Positions 1 to 14,204 of a stretch of 64,000 bases of DNA are shown piece by piece. The stretch is taken from positions 199,516,001-199,580,000 of the forward strand of contig OZ024743.1 of the NCBI GenBank assembly GCA_964016885.1. Direction: 5' to 3'. Both the position numbers and the translations under genes were made by a program. The stretch's first letter is position 1, and each line of letters opens with the position of its first letter. The notes under the pieces are model-generated. The model made no database searches. It was not told the DNA's origin and saw nothing but the letters and a program-made list of their open reading frames with translations. The DNA comes from Eledone cirrhosa. Its lineage: Eukaryota.

Positions 1-650
1 AGATATATGTGTGTATTTCCACTACACACGTGTGCAGTGCCATTTTGCATGCAGAATACTTCCTCCGACAAAGAAAGCATAGAAAAAAAGCCGTGAGAAG
101 ATAGCAATAAAAGAAAAATAGATACATTGTTATAATAATGACATATATATGTGTGTGTGTGTGTTATATATATATATATAATATTATATATATATATATA
201 TGTGTGTATACATACACGTGTGTGTGTGTATGAATTGTATGTATATATATTATATTACTAATATAATATGTTGATATGTATAGAGCTATATTTCATGTGA
301 GATTTGGAGATGTTGATGTTTGATGTTTTGTTGTTGTTTTTGTTTTTTTTTCGGCACGCGGTGGGGGTCATATTTTTATTTATTCATTTATATATTTTTG
401 TTATCAAACAGATAGACGTTTGTATAACATTTGAACTATAATTTCCACTGTTATAGAATCTATAACAACGGGCCATCTAAATATTCCCGCCGATTAAAAC
501 TCCGCATAAAGTATATACAGGTTTAAGGGTCCGACTGGCGATGTGTTGTCTTCTGGTACGAACACACACACGACACCCAGACGTCTGTATACTTTGTTAG
601 AAAACTATCACTATATATCGGACATTTCTTCGCGGCTATGGGGCGTATGT

Positions 651-838
651 AATAATTGTTTTCTACTTTTGGCACAAGGCCAGCAATCACCCCAGTACAT
701 TACTGGTACTTTATTTTATCGACCCGGTAAGGATGAAAGGCAAAGTTAACCTCAGCGGGATTTGAACTCAGATCGTAAAGGCCCGTAACTCAATGCTGCA
801 AACCATCGCGTCCGACCCTCTAACGATACTGCCAATTC
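651..838 (-). mobile_element. tRNA-derived Nin/Deu-domain SINE
   Basis: A box TGGCAGTATCG, B box GAGTTCAAATCC, core GCCTTTCATCCTTACGGGGTCGATAAAATAAAGTACC, (ATT)n tail. Confidence 0.85.
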
Positions 839-848
839 ATGTAATAAT

Positions 849-897
<49 letters not shown>

Positions 898-1044
898 TTA
901 TATATATATTATAGGCACTCGTTTTACGTGTGTTGTATTGAAGCTAATAACTATGTGTCTACTCTGGGAGTGTATCCTACATTACGCTATTGAGTACGCT
1001 GAGATACAACTGATCCTGGCTCCGTCAACTCCAATATTATTATT

Positions 1045-1240
1045 GGTGGATTGCCAGTATCGGTAGAGGGTCGGACGCCATGCTTACTAGCATAGTTACG
1101 TCCCTTTACGGTCTGAGTTCAAATCCCGCCCTAGGTTGACTTTGCCTTTCATCCATACGGGGTCGATAAAATAAAGTACCAGTGATGCACTGGGTATTTG
1201 CTGACCTTGTGCCTAAAGTGGAAACAATTATTATTATTAT
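1045..1240 (+). mobile_element. tRNA-derived Nin/Deu-domain SINE
   Basis: Full-length copy with (ATT)n tail. Confidence 0.85.
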
Positions 1241-1244
1241 CATT

Positions 1245-1653
1245 ATTATATATTTATATGATAGTATATATTATATTATATATTATATATATATATATAT
1301 ATATTGTGTGTAGGTGTGTGGATAGATAGAGATATTTATATAATGCAAAATATAACAGCTATTATAGTATTATGAATAAATGTTCTCATTCTCTCTATAT
1401 ACATTATATATATATCATATTATATATATATATATAATAATATATATATATAATGTGTGTATATATATATATATGTGTATATATATATATATTGTGTATA
1501 TATAATATATGTGTATAATATATAATATGTATATTTATATATATATTATGTATATATATATATATGTATATTATATGTATATATGTATATTAATTATATA
1601 CTATTATATATAATATATAGTATATATATATATGTATATATATATTATGTGAT

Positions 1654-1684
<31 letters not shown>

Positions 1685-1799
1685 CATATATATGTATGTA
1701 TTATTATATGTATGCATATTATATGTATTTGATGTATAATATAATATATATGATATTATATGTATTATATATATTATATGTATGTATATATATAATATT

Positions 1800-1832
<33 letters not shown>

Positions 1833-3020
1833 TATATGTATGTATATATATATGTATGTATATATATTGTATGTATAGTATATGTATGTATAGTTAATTA
1901 TGGTATGTATATTATATGTATGTATATATATATGTATGTATATATTATTATATATGTATATATATTATATATAGTATGTATAGTATATATTAATGTGTAT
2001 ATATATATATATATGATATAGTATATATATTATGTATGTATGTATATATATATGTATAATATTATATATATATGTGTATATATATGTATATATATTGTAT
2101 GTATTATATATGTATATGTATGTGTATGTATATATATGTATGTATAATATATGTATGTGTATGTATATATATATATGTATATATAATATGTATATTATAA
2201 TTGTAGTAGTATATATGTATATTTATATATATACATATAAAATATGTATGTATATATATATGTATGATATATATATATGTATATATATTGCATATATATG
2301 TATATATATAGTGTACTATTATATGTATAGTTTAGCGAGGTGTGTTCTGTTATTAATTCTGGCAATATTACGCAAATATGACCCACCTCAAGTATAAACA
2401 ATATATATGTATTACTATATATATGTATAATATATAATATACTATACATATAAATATATATGTATATAGTATATTATATATGTGAATATATATATATGTA
2501 TATTATATATTAATAATATACATATAAATATAATATGTATATTATATTAATTATGTGTTATATTATATATACATACATATAAATATATATATATATACAT
2601 ACATATAAATATATATATATATATTACAATACATATAAATAGTATAATATATATACATAACATATATATACTATATACATATATATATATATACATACAT
2701 ATATATACATATATATATATTTATATATACATATATTACTACTATATATATACATATAATAATATACATACATATATATACATACATATAAAATATATAT
2801 ATACATACATATATATATATTATACATACACATACATATTATAGTATACAATATACATACATATATATATACATATATACTACATACATTATATATACAT
2901 ACATATATATTTTACACATATATTATATATATATAACATATATAATACATACATACATATATAATATACATACATTAATATATACATACATATAAAGTAT
3001 ATATGTGTGTATGTGTGTGT
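1245..3020. repeat. Degenerate (TA)n/(TATG)n/(TACA)n array
   Basis: Direct reading. Confidence 0.9.
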
Positions 3021-3559
3021 GTGATCGTAAACTTTTCTTTATATTTCTTTCAATTCTCTATAAATCCTGCAGAGGTTAACTTGGCCTTTCATCCTTACGG
3101 GGTCGACAAAATAAAGTACCAGTAATACACTGGGATAATTGCTGGCCTTGTGCCAAAAGTAGAAACAATTATTATTCTTAATACTATTTATGTCTATAGT
3201 TCTCATTATTATCCTTTCTCCTTATTGTTTCTTATCATTAAACTCCCCAATATCCCCCACCCCCAGCCCTATTCGATCACCGCCATTATTTTCTTCGATA
3301 ACTAACACAATCGCTACCTATCTCTCATGCACCACCCCACTTCCCCATCCCCTTTCTGTACGCACCATCCTTCTACATGCATCCTCTTTTTTTCCCCTCT
3401 TCCAACATTGGCTATATATAGCTATATATATTATATAATATATATATATATATTTCTATATATATATATATATATATATTATAGTATATATATATATCTA
3501 TATATCTTATATATATACTATATTATAGTATATATATATATATATATTATATATATATC

Positions 3560-3596
<37 letters not shown>

Positions 3597-4527
3597 TATT
3601 ATATAATACACAACACACACATACACACTCATAATATATATATATATATATCCACACACACAAACACATATATATCATATATATATATATATATATATAT
3701 AAGTATCCACACACCACACACACACTCATATATATATATATATATACACATCACACACACACACTCATATATATTATATATATATACACACACACACACT
3801 CATATATATATATATATATATATATATCCACACACACTTATATATATATTAACACTACATGTATTTAATTCATTTTCCATTATTCTTAATAATCCACCCC
3901 CGCCCCATTTTTTTTGCTTTTCCCTAATAAATCCTTCCCCGCCCTCACGTCTTTTGTAAAAAAATAATAAAAAAAAAAGAGGGTTATTTCTTCTGTTCCC
4001 CTCTTCCTTTCCTTTGGAATGAACCTCCCACCACATCCCTTAATTTCACTCTTTCTCCTTTCTTTTTCCTTTTGTTTATATTTAGATCTATTTTATATTT
4101 ACTTTTATAAAATTCTTTGTGTGTTCTTTAAACATTTACTTAATATAATGGAAGTTCTTTGCTTTGCCTTCTTCCATTTTCTTTCTTTCTTTTTGTTAAA
4201 TTATTTCTTTTAACAAAAGATGTCTTTCGAAACAGTAATAATATTAATAATAATAATGCTATCAACAAATGGTAATAATGGTGATGAAGATGATAAAGGA
4301 CTTTTTTTTCTCAATGTAAAGGTATTCAATCCCTGAAAGTGTGTGGTGTGTGAGAGAGGGGAGATTTTTTTTTTTAATAGGCAATATTTAAAAAAAAAAT
4401 TTACTTTAAAGGGGGAAAAAAAAAAGAGCAATTCTTTTCTTCTCTCAACAATTGTTATTCCTATTGCTAATCATCACCATCATCACCATCATTATTATTA
4501 TCCTTAGTAGTAGTATTAGGAATAGTA

Positions 4528-4572
<45 letters not shown>

Positions 4573-5349
4573 GTAGTCCCATTTTTTCCTACCCCTTAAG
4601 TCAGGTGTTTCATGTGTGAGAATGAAATTATTAATAATAAATGAAAAATTAGAATAGAAAAACAGTAAAAAGAATCTTTTTTTTTCCACAATGGGGTCCT
4701 GTGTCTAATAATGAAGATGGAATAATAACAACAATAATAATGATAATAATAATCATGATAATAAAAAATAATAATAATAATCATCATTGTTATAATCATT
4801 TATTATTATAATAAATTCCAATATCCATTTCCTACAATATTTTCCTCTTTCTTTACAATTATCAATTTAAAAGATTTTTTTGACAATAATTTTATTGTTT
4901 GTTGTTAAAATTACTATTATTAGTTTTATTATTAATTTCCATTCCTCGCTGGGAGTCGTCTTTCGATTGAGCTTTATATTAATATTCCACATAGAATAAT
5001 ACAAATATCATAGCTTTTGATTAGTGTTGTTGTTATCACCTTGATCCCTCCACCTATGCAGGACAGACTAGACTAAAAGGGATTGTATCTGATCTTTGTG
5101 AAGTTGAACTAGCTTTGGTGACAATTCTGGACATGTTTCGGTCTTATTAAATCTTTTCTACGCCCACATTGACGTAGCGGTTACTAACACCTGTGACAGA
5201 AGATGTTTAAACCCATTTCGTAAGAAGTTGTTTCTGATTCTGTAGGTAGATACAAAAGCCCCAACACTTTAAAGCCTTCCTATGTAAATCAAAATCTTCC
5301 AACATGATTTGATATAAGAACTATATATTATGTTGCGAATACCATCTTA

Positions 5350-5930
5350 ATAATTGTTTCTACTTTAGGCACAAGGCCAGCAATTACCCAGTGCATTACT
5401 GGTACTTTATTTTATCGACCCCGTAAGGATGAAAGGCAAAGTCAACCTAGGCGGGATTTGAACTCAGATCGTAAAGGGACGTAACTATGCTGGAAAGCAT
5501 GGCGTCCGACCCTCTACCGATACTGCCAATCCACCGCCATCTTAATAATGACGTCTAGTTTAGGTACTAGGCCAGCAATGTGGGTTATGGAAAAGCCGAT
5601 TATATCCAGCCCAGTACTTAAAGTGTACTTTTTCTATGGACTCCGAAAGGATGAAAGGCAAAGTTAACCTCGGCGGGATTTGAACTAAATGCCACAAAAC
5701 GTTTCGTTCAGCGCTCTACCAATCCAGCCAAGCCTCTGCCCTCTTTATCCTAATACTTTTGGCACAAGGCCAGCAAATACCCAGTGTATTACTGGTACTT
5801 TATTTTATCGACCCCCGTAAGGATGAAAGGCAAAGTTAACCTCTTTATCCTAATAATTGTTTCTACATTTGGCACAAGGCCAACAATTATCCCAATGTAT
5901 TACTGGAACTTTATTTTATCGACCCCGTAA
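5350..5930 (-). mobile_element. Cluster of four SINE copies or fragments
   Basis: Repeated GGCACAAGGCCAGC...GGTACTTTATTTTATCGACCCC. Confidence 0.85.
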
Positions 5931-6329
5931 ATTTATCCTAATAATGAAATAATTTTAGTAAATCCCTCCAATTTCTTTTTATTAATCAATCGAAATATAG
6001 TAGCTTTCATAAGGAATATGGTAATGGATCACGATAGGTTGAAGTCCCTCTCATTAAAACACCAAAGAAACTTCCGTTTAGATGCAATCTCGTAGGAAGC
6101 CAGCCAAACCTACAGAGGTATACGCTGTAAATTTCACATTTTCACACACGCACATTCCATTACCATATTCCTATATATATATTTAGAGAGAAACAGTTCT
6201 AGTCCTGTAGAAGCCATTTCTATATCAAATTTTGTAAATACTCTACTAAAGTATTGAGTACTTCACTTACTGCAGTTAATCCCGATTGAGCCTGGGACCC
6301 ACACACACACACACACACACACATATGTA

Positions 6330-6459
<130 letters not shown>

Positions 6460-6603
6460 CAAAGGTTATATTTAATTATATTTAATTTGTTGGAATTCAA
6501 CAAACTTAAAAGTTTTATAACTGATATAAAGCACTCAACAAATAAGTGGAGTAAATATTCATTATATTAATATTTATAAAACCATATATATATATATATA
6601 TAT

Positions 6604-6697
6604 ACGTATCTGACGACCGTGTTGATTTCAGAGTCAGGTGTGATCACCATATCGATCGTGCCTCGAGCTGGTCGCCCGAGAAACATTTGTAATATGT
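6604..6697 (+). ncRNA. Type I hammerhead ribozyme candidate with long stem II region
   Basis: Stem I ACGTAT/ATATGT, CTGACGA (6610), GAAA (6680), ACA-TT-TGT, GTA triplet; AATAAA at 6700; base of stem II pairs poorly. Confidence 0.55.
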
Positions 6698-6850
6698 CCA
6701 ATAAATTCCTTCCGTCGCAACACTGATTCTCTTGTTTCTGTGATATCATACTCTGCTCTACGAGGGCATTGAGTGCTTATACGGCCTACCGCATACGGAC
6801 GCTTTAAGCATCCAACACCAAACATGTATATATATATATGTGTGTGTGTT

Positions 6851-6899
6851 GAGATTCCTGATGATTTCTCAAGAATGAAACAGTTCTAGCCTTGTAGAA

Positions 6900-6903
<4 letters not shown>
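6851..6903 (+). ncRNA. Type I hammerhead ribozyme, free-standing between (TG)n and (TA)n
   Basis: Stem I GAGATTC/GAATCTC (7 bp), CTGATGA, TTCT-CA-AGAA, GAAA, ACAG/TTGT, GTA. Confidence 0.85.
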
Positions 6904-6973
<70 letters not shown>

Positions 6974-7233
6974 GCTATGTGTTGAACGTCAAAATATAGG
7001 ATGGTTCATACAAAACTTATCGGAGGTTTTCTGAGAAGCCTTTTAATTATGAACGACCATTTCACTACCTCCTCTCCCTCGTAGTTCATTCAAGTCCTCA
7101 CTCACTCATCCAATCTTTTACTCTGCTCCCCTTCTTTCCTTGTCATTCTCGCTGTCCTTATATATAACCCCCTCTCTCTCTCTCTTTCTCTTCTCTCCTT
7201 CTTATTATCTCCTATACACAGACATATTTATAC

Positions 7234-7270
<37 letters not shown>

Positions 7271-7287
7271 CACACACACACACACAC

Positions 7288-7322
<35 letters not shown>

Positions 7323-8555
7323 TAAAGGCCTCCTTCAGTCACGAATGACTAATGGGATTTGCACCTGGAAAGTTTGCTTTCCAAGACAAAAGTCCGAGCA
7401 AGTCACCCATGCATACTAGTGTCCCCTCTGCATGTCACCAATGTCGCCCAAGAGAAAGGCAAAGGCCGATACAGCTTGGCACCAGTGACAATGAGTGAAT
7501 TGGAGCAAAGTGTCTTGCTTAAGAACACAACGTATCGCCCGTTCCAGGAATCGAACTCAACCATACGATTTTGAATTCGACGCTCTAACCTCTAAGCCAC
7601 ACATACACACACTGCACCATCCGATATCAACAAGCACCACTACAAGGAAAGAGAGCTAGAAAGGGAAAGAGTACTTAGGCGATGTAGGTGGGGCATGTGG
7701 TGAAGTAGATGTCGCTGCTGCATGTGATACAACAACAAGAGCAATAACAACAGCACTGCCACAAAATATGGGACTTACTAATCATTATGAAAATACTTGA
7801 AGAAAGTCAAAGAAAATATCTATTATCAACAGAAGCTTGTTTGTTTATGTGCGGATAGTGGTGGTGGCGATGGGGGGTGGTGGTGATGGTGATGCTAAAG
7901 AGCTGGTGGGGAAGTATTTCTAATGGTTATAATGGTCGTAGTGATGATGCTAATACTAAAAAAAGGTGGTGGGCTGTATTTTTAATGGTTGTGATCGTGC
8001 TGATATTAAAGGAAGTGGTGGCGGCGGTGGTGGTGTTGGTTTTTTTTTTTGGGGGGGGGGGGTCAGTGGTGAGTGATATTGGTGGTAATAGTGATGGTGG
8101 TGGTGGTTGTTGTGATGCTGATATAAAGGAGGTGGTGGTAACAATTAGTGTTGGTGGTGATGTTGATGCTAAGAGGAAATGCTGGTGATGGTGGGAGTGC
8201 AGCTACTGTTTAATATATACATTTTTTTTTCATTCTTTATTTATGTCTTCATAATTTCGTGGTATTTAAATCATATAATAGATAATACCTGGCGATTAAT
8301 TAAACGTCCCATACCTACCATCTTACCTGCCTATCTGTTTACCTATCTGCTCGTGTATCTACCTATTTCTCTTCTATGGTGAAAGTTCTATGTAGTCTAT
8401 CGACCTGTGAGAAATAGCAGCCAGATTCTCTTTATATCTTCTACCATCTGACAAAGAAAAGGGACATTGCATAATGTAGATCTGGATATGTGTAACTGTG
8501 GAAGTAATAAAAACAACGTTGCACATTCAATGAGTTTTGTAGTATGTGAATTGCA

Positions 8556-8600
<45 letters not shown>

Positions 8601-8649
8601 ATATATATATATATATATGTGTGTCTGTGTGTGTGTATATATATATGTC

Positions 8650-8712
<63 letters not shown>

Positions 8713-8878
8713 GTATGTGTGTGTGTATACATATGTGTGTGCGTGTGTGTTTCGGTAGTAATCCGCAAATGAAAGATCAAGGAGAACAGTGCTCGATCTG
8801 TTAAAAGCTTATTTGGTGTAAACAAAGTTTCATACACATAACATGTTTAGTGTATTTTGTTTACACTATATATATATA

Positions 8879-9073
8879 GGAAAAAGTATGACCCCGACGG
8901 CAGAGCTCAAGCCGTTTCGACGGTTATTTCTGGACTCCAGAAATAGCCGTCGAAACGGCTTGAGCTCTGCCGTCGGGGTCTAACATTTTCCTATTACCCC
9001 CTCTACTACCCTAAGTATTGAGTACTCTGGTGCGTTATGGTCCACCTGGTTCCTTACCACAACTCACTCGTTA
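8879..9073 (+). mobile_element. (TA)n-inserted mini element with 5' fold-back
   Basis: Near-perfect palindrome 8890-8980; homologues at 24045-24246 and 50774-50912. Confidence 0.8.
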
Positions 9074-9394
9074 TATATATATATACATAGATAGATAGAT
9101 ACACACACTGCATTTTGATAAATTTTATGCTCATATATAGCTAGCTACACATGTAGACACGCACAGACATACTGTAATATACACATGAGTGTTTGGGTGT
9201 GTATATGTATGCGAAGGTTTATTTATTTAATTATTCTGTATTATGTGTTAATGAAATCCTCAATATATATATATATGTATATATAATAAAGAGTAATGTC
9301 CCGACACTTTATAATCTAACCATACTCTATTACTCCAAGTATCGAGTTCTTTGTTGAGTAATGGTCTAACCAGTTTCAAATTGAAACCATCCTG

Positions 9395-9467
<73 letters not shown>

Positions 9468-9729
9468 CACACACACACACACATACACATACATACACAC
9501 ACAAATAGGGACGCACATGACAGAGACAATGACAGACAGTCCCATCTCATCTCCTCAGTCAACCTCTGGAAATATATATATATATATATAAAAATTTTGA
9601 GTATACCAACATCTCAGTATGCAGTTTGGAGCACTCGACGAAGTGCGCAGGTTGGTTTGGTTACTTCGGAGTAATGTAAAATAAAATAAAATAAATAAGT
9701 CAAATGTTTAAAATTTGGCTTCGTTTATT

Positions 9730-9784
9730 ACTGCTATATATATTTCGGTGACAGCCATCTTTGGCTGTGACCTCTTCAGGCAGT
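9730..9784 (-). ncRNA. Type I hammerhead ribozyme (left arm of inverted repeat)
   Basis: Reverse complement: ACTGC CTGAAGA GGTCACAGCCA-AAGA-TGGCTGTCACC GAAA TATAT ATA GCAGT. Confidence 0.85.
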
Positions 9785-10023
9785 CCGAATTCATTTGCCT
9801 AGCCTCAGAACGAATTTCTATAGACTTTTGACTGAGGAATGTTCTAACAACTGATCAATGGGAGGAGAAGAGGCCCTTTGACGCTGAAATTCGTTTGTTT
9901 AAATTCATATGATTCCAGTTCCTCAGTGAAATAACAACCCAACCAGGAACTGGGCATATCAGAGTATTGACAAAGTTAAACACCTCAACAACATGTGTAT
10001 TCGTCTCTACCACACTAATTCGG

Positions 10024-10078
10024 ACTGCCTGAAGAGGTCACAGCCAAAGATAGCTGTCACCGAAATATATATAGCAGT
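10024..10078 (+). ncRNA. Type I hammerhead ribozyme (right arm of inverted repeat)
   Basis: ACTGC CTGAAGA GGTCACAGC...GCTGTCACC GAAA TATAT ATA GCAGT; stem I ACTGC/GCAGT perfect. Confidence 0.85.
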
Positions 10079-10124
10079 AATAAACGAAGCCAAATTTTAA
10101 ACATTTGACTTATTTATTTTATTT

Positions 10125-10171
<47 letters not shown>

Positions 10172-10362
10172 AGTGGAAGCTTAGTAAAATCGAAGCTTTG
10201 GCTGTGGGCAAGCAAAGTTGACCTACAATAGGAATGAGTTAGCAAAGGACTCAATCAGGGTAGGTCCTTAACATCTTTTAACCTGTTAGTTCTTTCGTTA
10301 CTTTGGTATTGTGTGGTTGAGTTTTGCCTACCGCAATGTTCAATTTGTCAAGCTATTTAAAC

Positions 10363-10425
<63 letters not shown>

Positions 10426-10817
10426 AATGCAATGATATCATAATATCATTTTTAATCAGAAATATATAAATAAAAGTTCTTATAACCATAAATAAATGAA
10501 ATTCGTAAGTTTTTAATGATTCTATTTTACACATGTATGGTATCCATTATAACACATACACACACACATATATATACACACACACACACACACGTATATA
10601 TATATATGTATATATGTAAATATATATGTGTGTGTGTAAGCTCATATATATATATATATATATATCGGATAACCATATCCCACTTATATATGTCAGTTAG
10701 GCATCGCTTCTACAGTTGGATGCCCTTTATAATACCAACCTGTTTACAACGTGTACTGGGTGCGTTTTATGGTGGGGCCAGTGCTACTAATTGTCAGAGT
10801 GGGCTGGGTGCATTCTA

Positions 10818-10872
<55 letters not shown>

Positions 10873-10904
10873 AGATCAAAAGATGGTTAAAGGAGTTCAA
10901 TATA

Positions 10905-10971
10905 TTTTATTATGCGCATTTCAAAAACAAACATCATCAAACAATAATATTTGTGTTTTCATCAGATAAAA
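10905..10971 (-). ncRNA. Type I hammerhead ribozyme
   Basis: Reverse complement: TTTTAT CTGATGA AAAC ACAAATATTATT-GTTT-GATGATGTTTGT TTTT GAAA TGCGC ATA ATAAAA; 12-bp stem II with G-U pairs; palindromic ATGCGCAT. Confidence 0.85.
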
Positions 10972-12781
10972 CAGGAGAACATGATATGAAGGCTAAAAAA
11001 AAACACTTGTTGATAGTGCAGTTTTAAATCAACATCTGCATTGCTTTATTGTACTACAATAAAACTCACCTCCTACATATATATATATATATATATATAT
11101 AAGTGACTTCTTTGTTCGATCATCATACCAAAAGCTTAACATTATTTGTTTAAGCAGACAGTACCTGATTTAGGAGTTGCAGAAACGCCATATTGGATTT
11201 TACCGCCGTTTCCAGAGAGTCCGGGTATAATTTTCAATCATATTTTATTATTTGTTTGACCCGAATAGCTTGGTCGTTTCTATGGCTTTGCGGTTAATGG
11301 TTTAACCATCGTCTCAGTGTGTTTGGCCTTTTAACGTATGTTTATTGCTCTAGTTCACTCGTTTCTATGGAGTGCTTGCCACACATCTCGGAAGTTGTTT
11401 TTCGCTAATTTCCAATAGCCGAAATGCGATTCTCGCTAATTTATATTTATTTATATATATATATATATATTGTATTGTATTAATTAAATTAGACAATGTA
11501 ATTTACTTCTATTAATCACATTAAGCTCTTTACAGTTTTCTTTCTAATTACTATTAGTTAATTACCTCCCTAACTAATGTAACTGCTATTGGTAATTATC
11601 TTATTGTAAACTGTACAAGACTTATTCATTGCTTTATACCAATTATAATATATTTTACTAATTACTTCTTTGTAATGGGCGGTGCGTTGTGTTTTTTAGC
11701 AAGGATCTTCATTTCACGTTGCTTTTCATAAAAACACTCTCCTGTGAGTTAACCTCATAGAAGACCGACTAAAACTTTAGTTTGCTAGCTGTGGATTTCA
11801 TTTCATTTTATTTTTTCCCATTTCCGTTGCAATAATTTTTATGTTTTTAATTTTATATACAGTATTTCAACCCTTTTTACTTGGGTATATTTATTCATAT
11901 CTGTGTGTAAATTTCATTATATGAATCAAGGTATTAACGCCAACGGATTAAGAACCATAATTCAGTATTAAGAAATCAACCTGCAAGTGATTGAGCATTC
12001 GAAGAACACTTATACTTCTAATGTAATTCTTGTAGAGTATTAAGAACGTTGGAAAGAATGCTTTACAGATTTCGTTTCGGGGTTCTGAGCTTAAATCCCG
12101 CTGAGGCCAACTTTGCTTTCATTCTTCTAGGGTCGATAAAATAAAGTTCCATTGAAAGACTAGAGTTAATGAAACTGTCTCCACACAAATTGCAGGACTT
12201 GAACCTTGATTAAAAATAATTAATTATGGCTCTACACCAAAACTTTTGCCAGATTTAACCAAATATTATTTTGCAATTATTTACCCCCCCCCCCCCCCCC
12301 CCCCCACACACACATATATGACGGACTTTTGCACAGTTTCATCGACCAAGTTTAATTCACAAGACATTGGTCAACGCGAGGTTTTATATAAAATAATACA
12401 CTTACCACTGCATAGCACTGAAATAAAAACAATTCCTGCTCCTATACTTCTGTATTTTCTTTCAGAGAAACCTACTAAAATCCATCTTTAACATATAATA
12501 ATGATGAATTTCTTAATAATAATAATAATAATAGATCCCCTGAAAACTGCTAAACATTGTAAGAAAACTCTTCACTCTGTCACATTGTTTCCTCCTTCAA
12601 CAAAGCTGAAGTTTTGCTCAGAAATTCAAAGTTTATTTTTTATTTTTAGTTTATATTATCTATCATCCACCAACTCCATGCTTTCTAAGACCATTCCATG
12701 ATTGATCATTTGTTACAAAGAATTATTGTCCAATATGATTGATGGATGCTACATTCGCTCTGATCTTTGCGATTTTGCGTA

Positions 12782-12828
<47 letters not shown>

Positions 12829-13379
12829 TCTTATCTCTCTCTCCAAATGTGTGTAGAAGAAAAAATAAACAAGACACTAAATCATATAATGGCGTTATAT
12901 ATGGGAATGGATCCCTTTCGTTTTCGACGATGAGTGTTTCAATTGTTAGATTAGTAGAAGTATAACAGCCTGTTTGTGAAATCAACTTGCAAGTGGCCAA
13001 GCATTCTAACGTAATTCTTATAAAAACTCAACGTGGCATATTGTGTGACATGCTTGGTTCTTTTAATTTATAGGTACAGTCCACCCAACAGGCTTCCAAA
13101 CAGTTTCTGCACGCATATATTTAACTCACAAGGTATGGGTCGCCCTTAGGCAATGGTAAATGACTCTTGTCCAAATTGTCACACAATGGTATTGAACCCG
13201 GAAACTTGTGTTTACAAAAGAAACTTCTAAACCATTTGGCCATGCTGTGCCAATGCCAATGGTGATATTATTTCACTAAACATTTATTTATTTGGCAAGG
13301 TAGGCTGGTGAAACTGTATATAATACAGTAAAATAATTATAAATATATTTGTTTTTTATGGTGATTACTGCATTAACAA

Positions 13380-13595
13380 TGGTTTCTGATTTAGGCACAA
13401 GGCCAGCAATTCTGGGGAGGGAAAAGTTGATTAAATCGACCTGAGTGTGTGACTGGTATTTTATTTTATCGACACCGTAAGGATAAATAGCAAAGCTAAC
13501 CGCGGCGAGATTTGAACTCAGAACGTAAAAAGCCGTAACTCTATGCTACGAAGCAGGGTGACCGATGCTCTACTGATTCTGCTAATCTACTCCCC
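13380..13595 (-). mobile_element. Nin/Deu-domain SINE
   Basis: Same consensus. Confidence 0.8.
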
Positions 13596-14204
13596 TTAAT
13601 TACTGCATTAATACTAAAAATACTAATAAAACCATCGTCATTATCATTTAAAGCCCATTTCCATGTTGGCATGGGCTGGGTGGATAGTCACTGCCCGAAA
13701 GTAGGTGAGTTGGGGACACCACAGTTTATTGAAAATTAATTATTACTATTGTTACCAGTTTAAAATCAAAGAAAATCTATGAAATTGTTAGGCTTAGTTT
13801 TTTTTATGGGGTGGGGGTGAAGGCGGAAGTTGTTGCGTTTTTATTTTAAATTGAAATAATTCATCATCGTCACCATCATTATCATCATCGAAAAATCAAC
13901 CAAACGTATCGCAGCATTTCAACCATGCTAACATTACGCAGGAGGGGAAAAAATGACTGTTATCAGTTAATGATAACTATGATGGTGATGGTGATGGTGG
14001 TGGTGATGATGATGGTGGTGGTGGTGATTGTGGTGGCGATAACAATGATGTCGAGGGCAACTTCGAAAACTCGATCGATCGTTCATATTCAATGATGACT
14101 TTTATTGTTACCAACAGTAATGGTTAATGTTAGTAGCACTGTTGATAAGGATTCTACTAGTAGATGTAGTTAGAATGAGTTAGTCCTGATAACAGTAATA
14201 TTGA

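Larger units (their letters stand above)
9590..10131. mobile_element. Fold-back hammerhead insertion (arms 9677-9791/10017-10131)
   Basis: About 115-bp near-perfect inverted repeat flanked by TA runs. Confidence 0.85.

Noticed and set aside
1045-1130. tRNA gene-like A and B boxes
   Set aside because: These are SINE heads followed by the SINE core and tail, not tRNA genes.
8910-8960. GCCGTC-GAAA-CGGC as a hammerhead part
   Set aside because: No CTGANGA upstream; simple hairpin only.
11159-11197. CTGATTT...GAAACGCC hammerhead-like trace
   Set aside because: Two core mismatches, no stem II, no NUH triplet.
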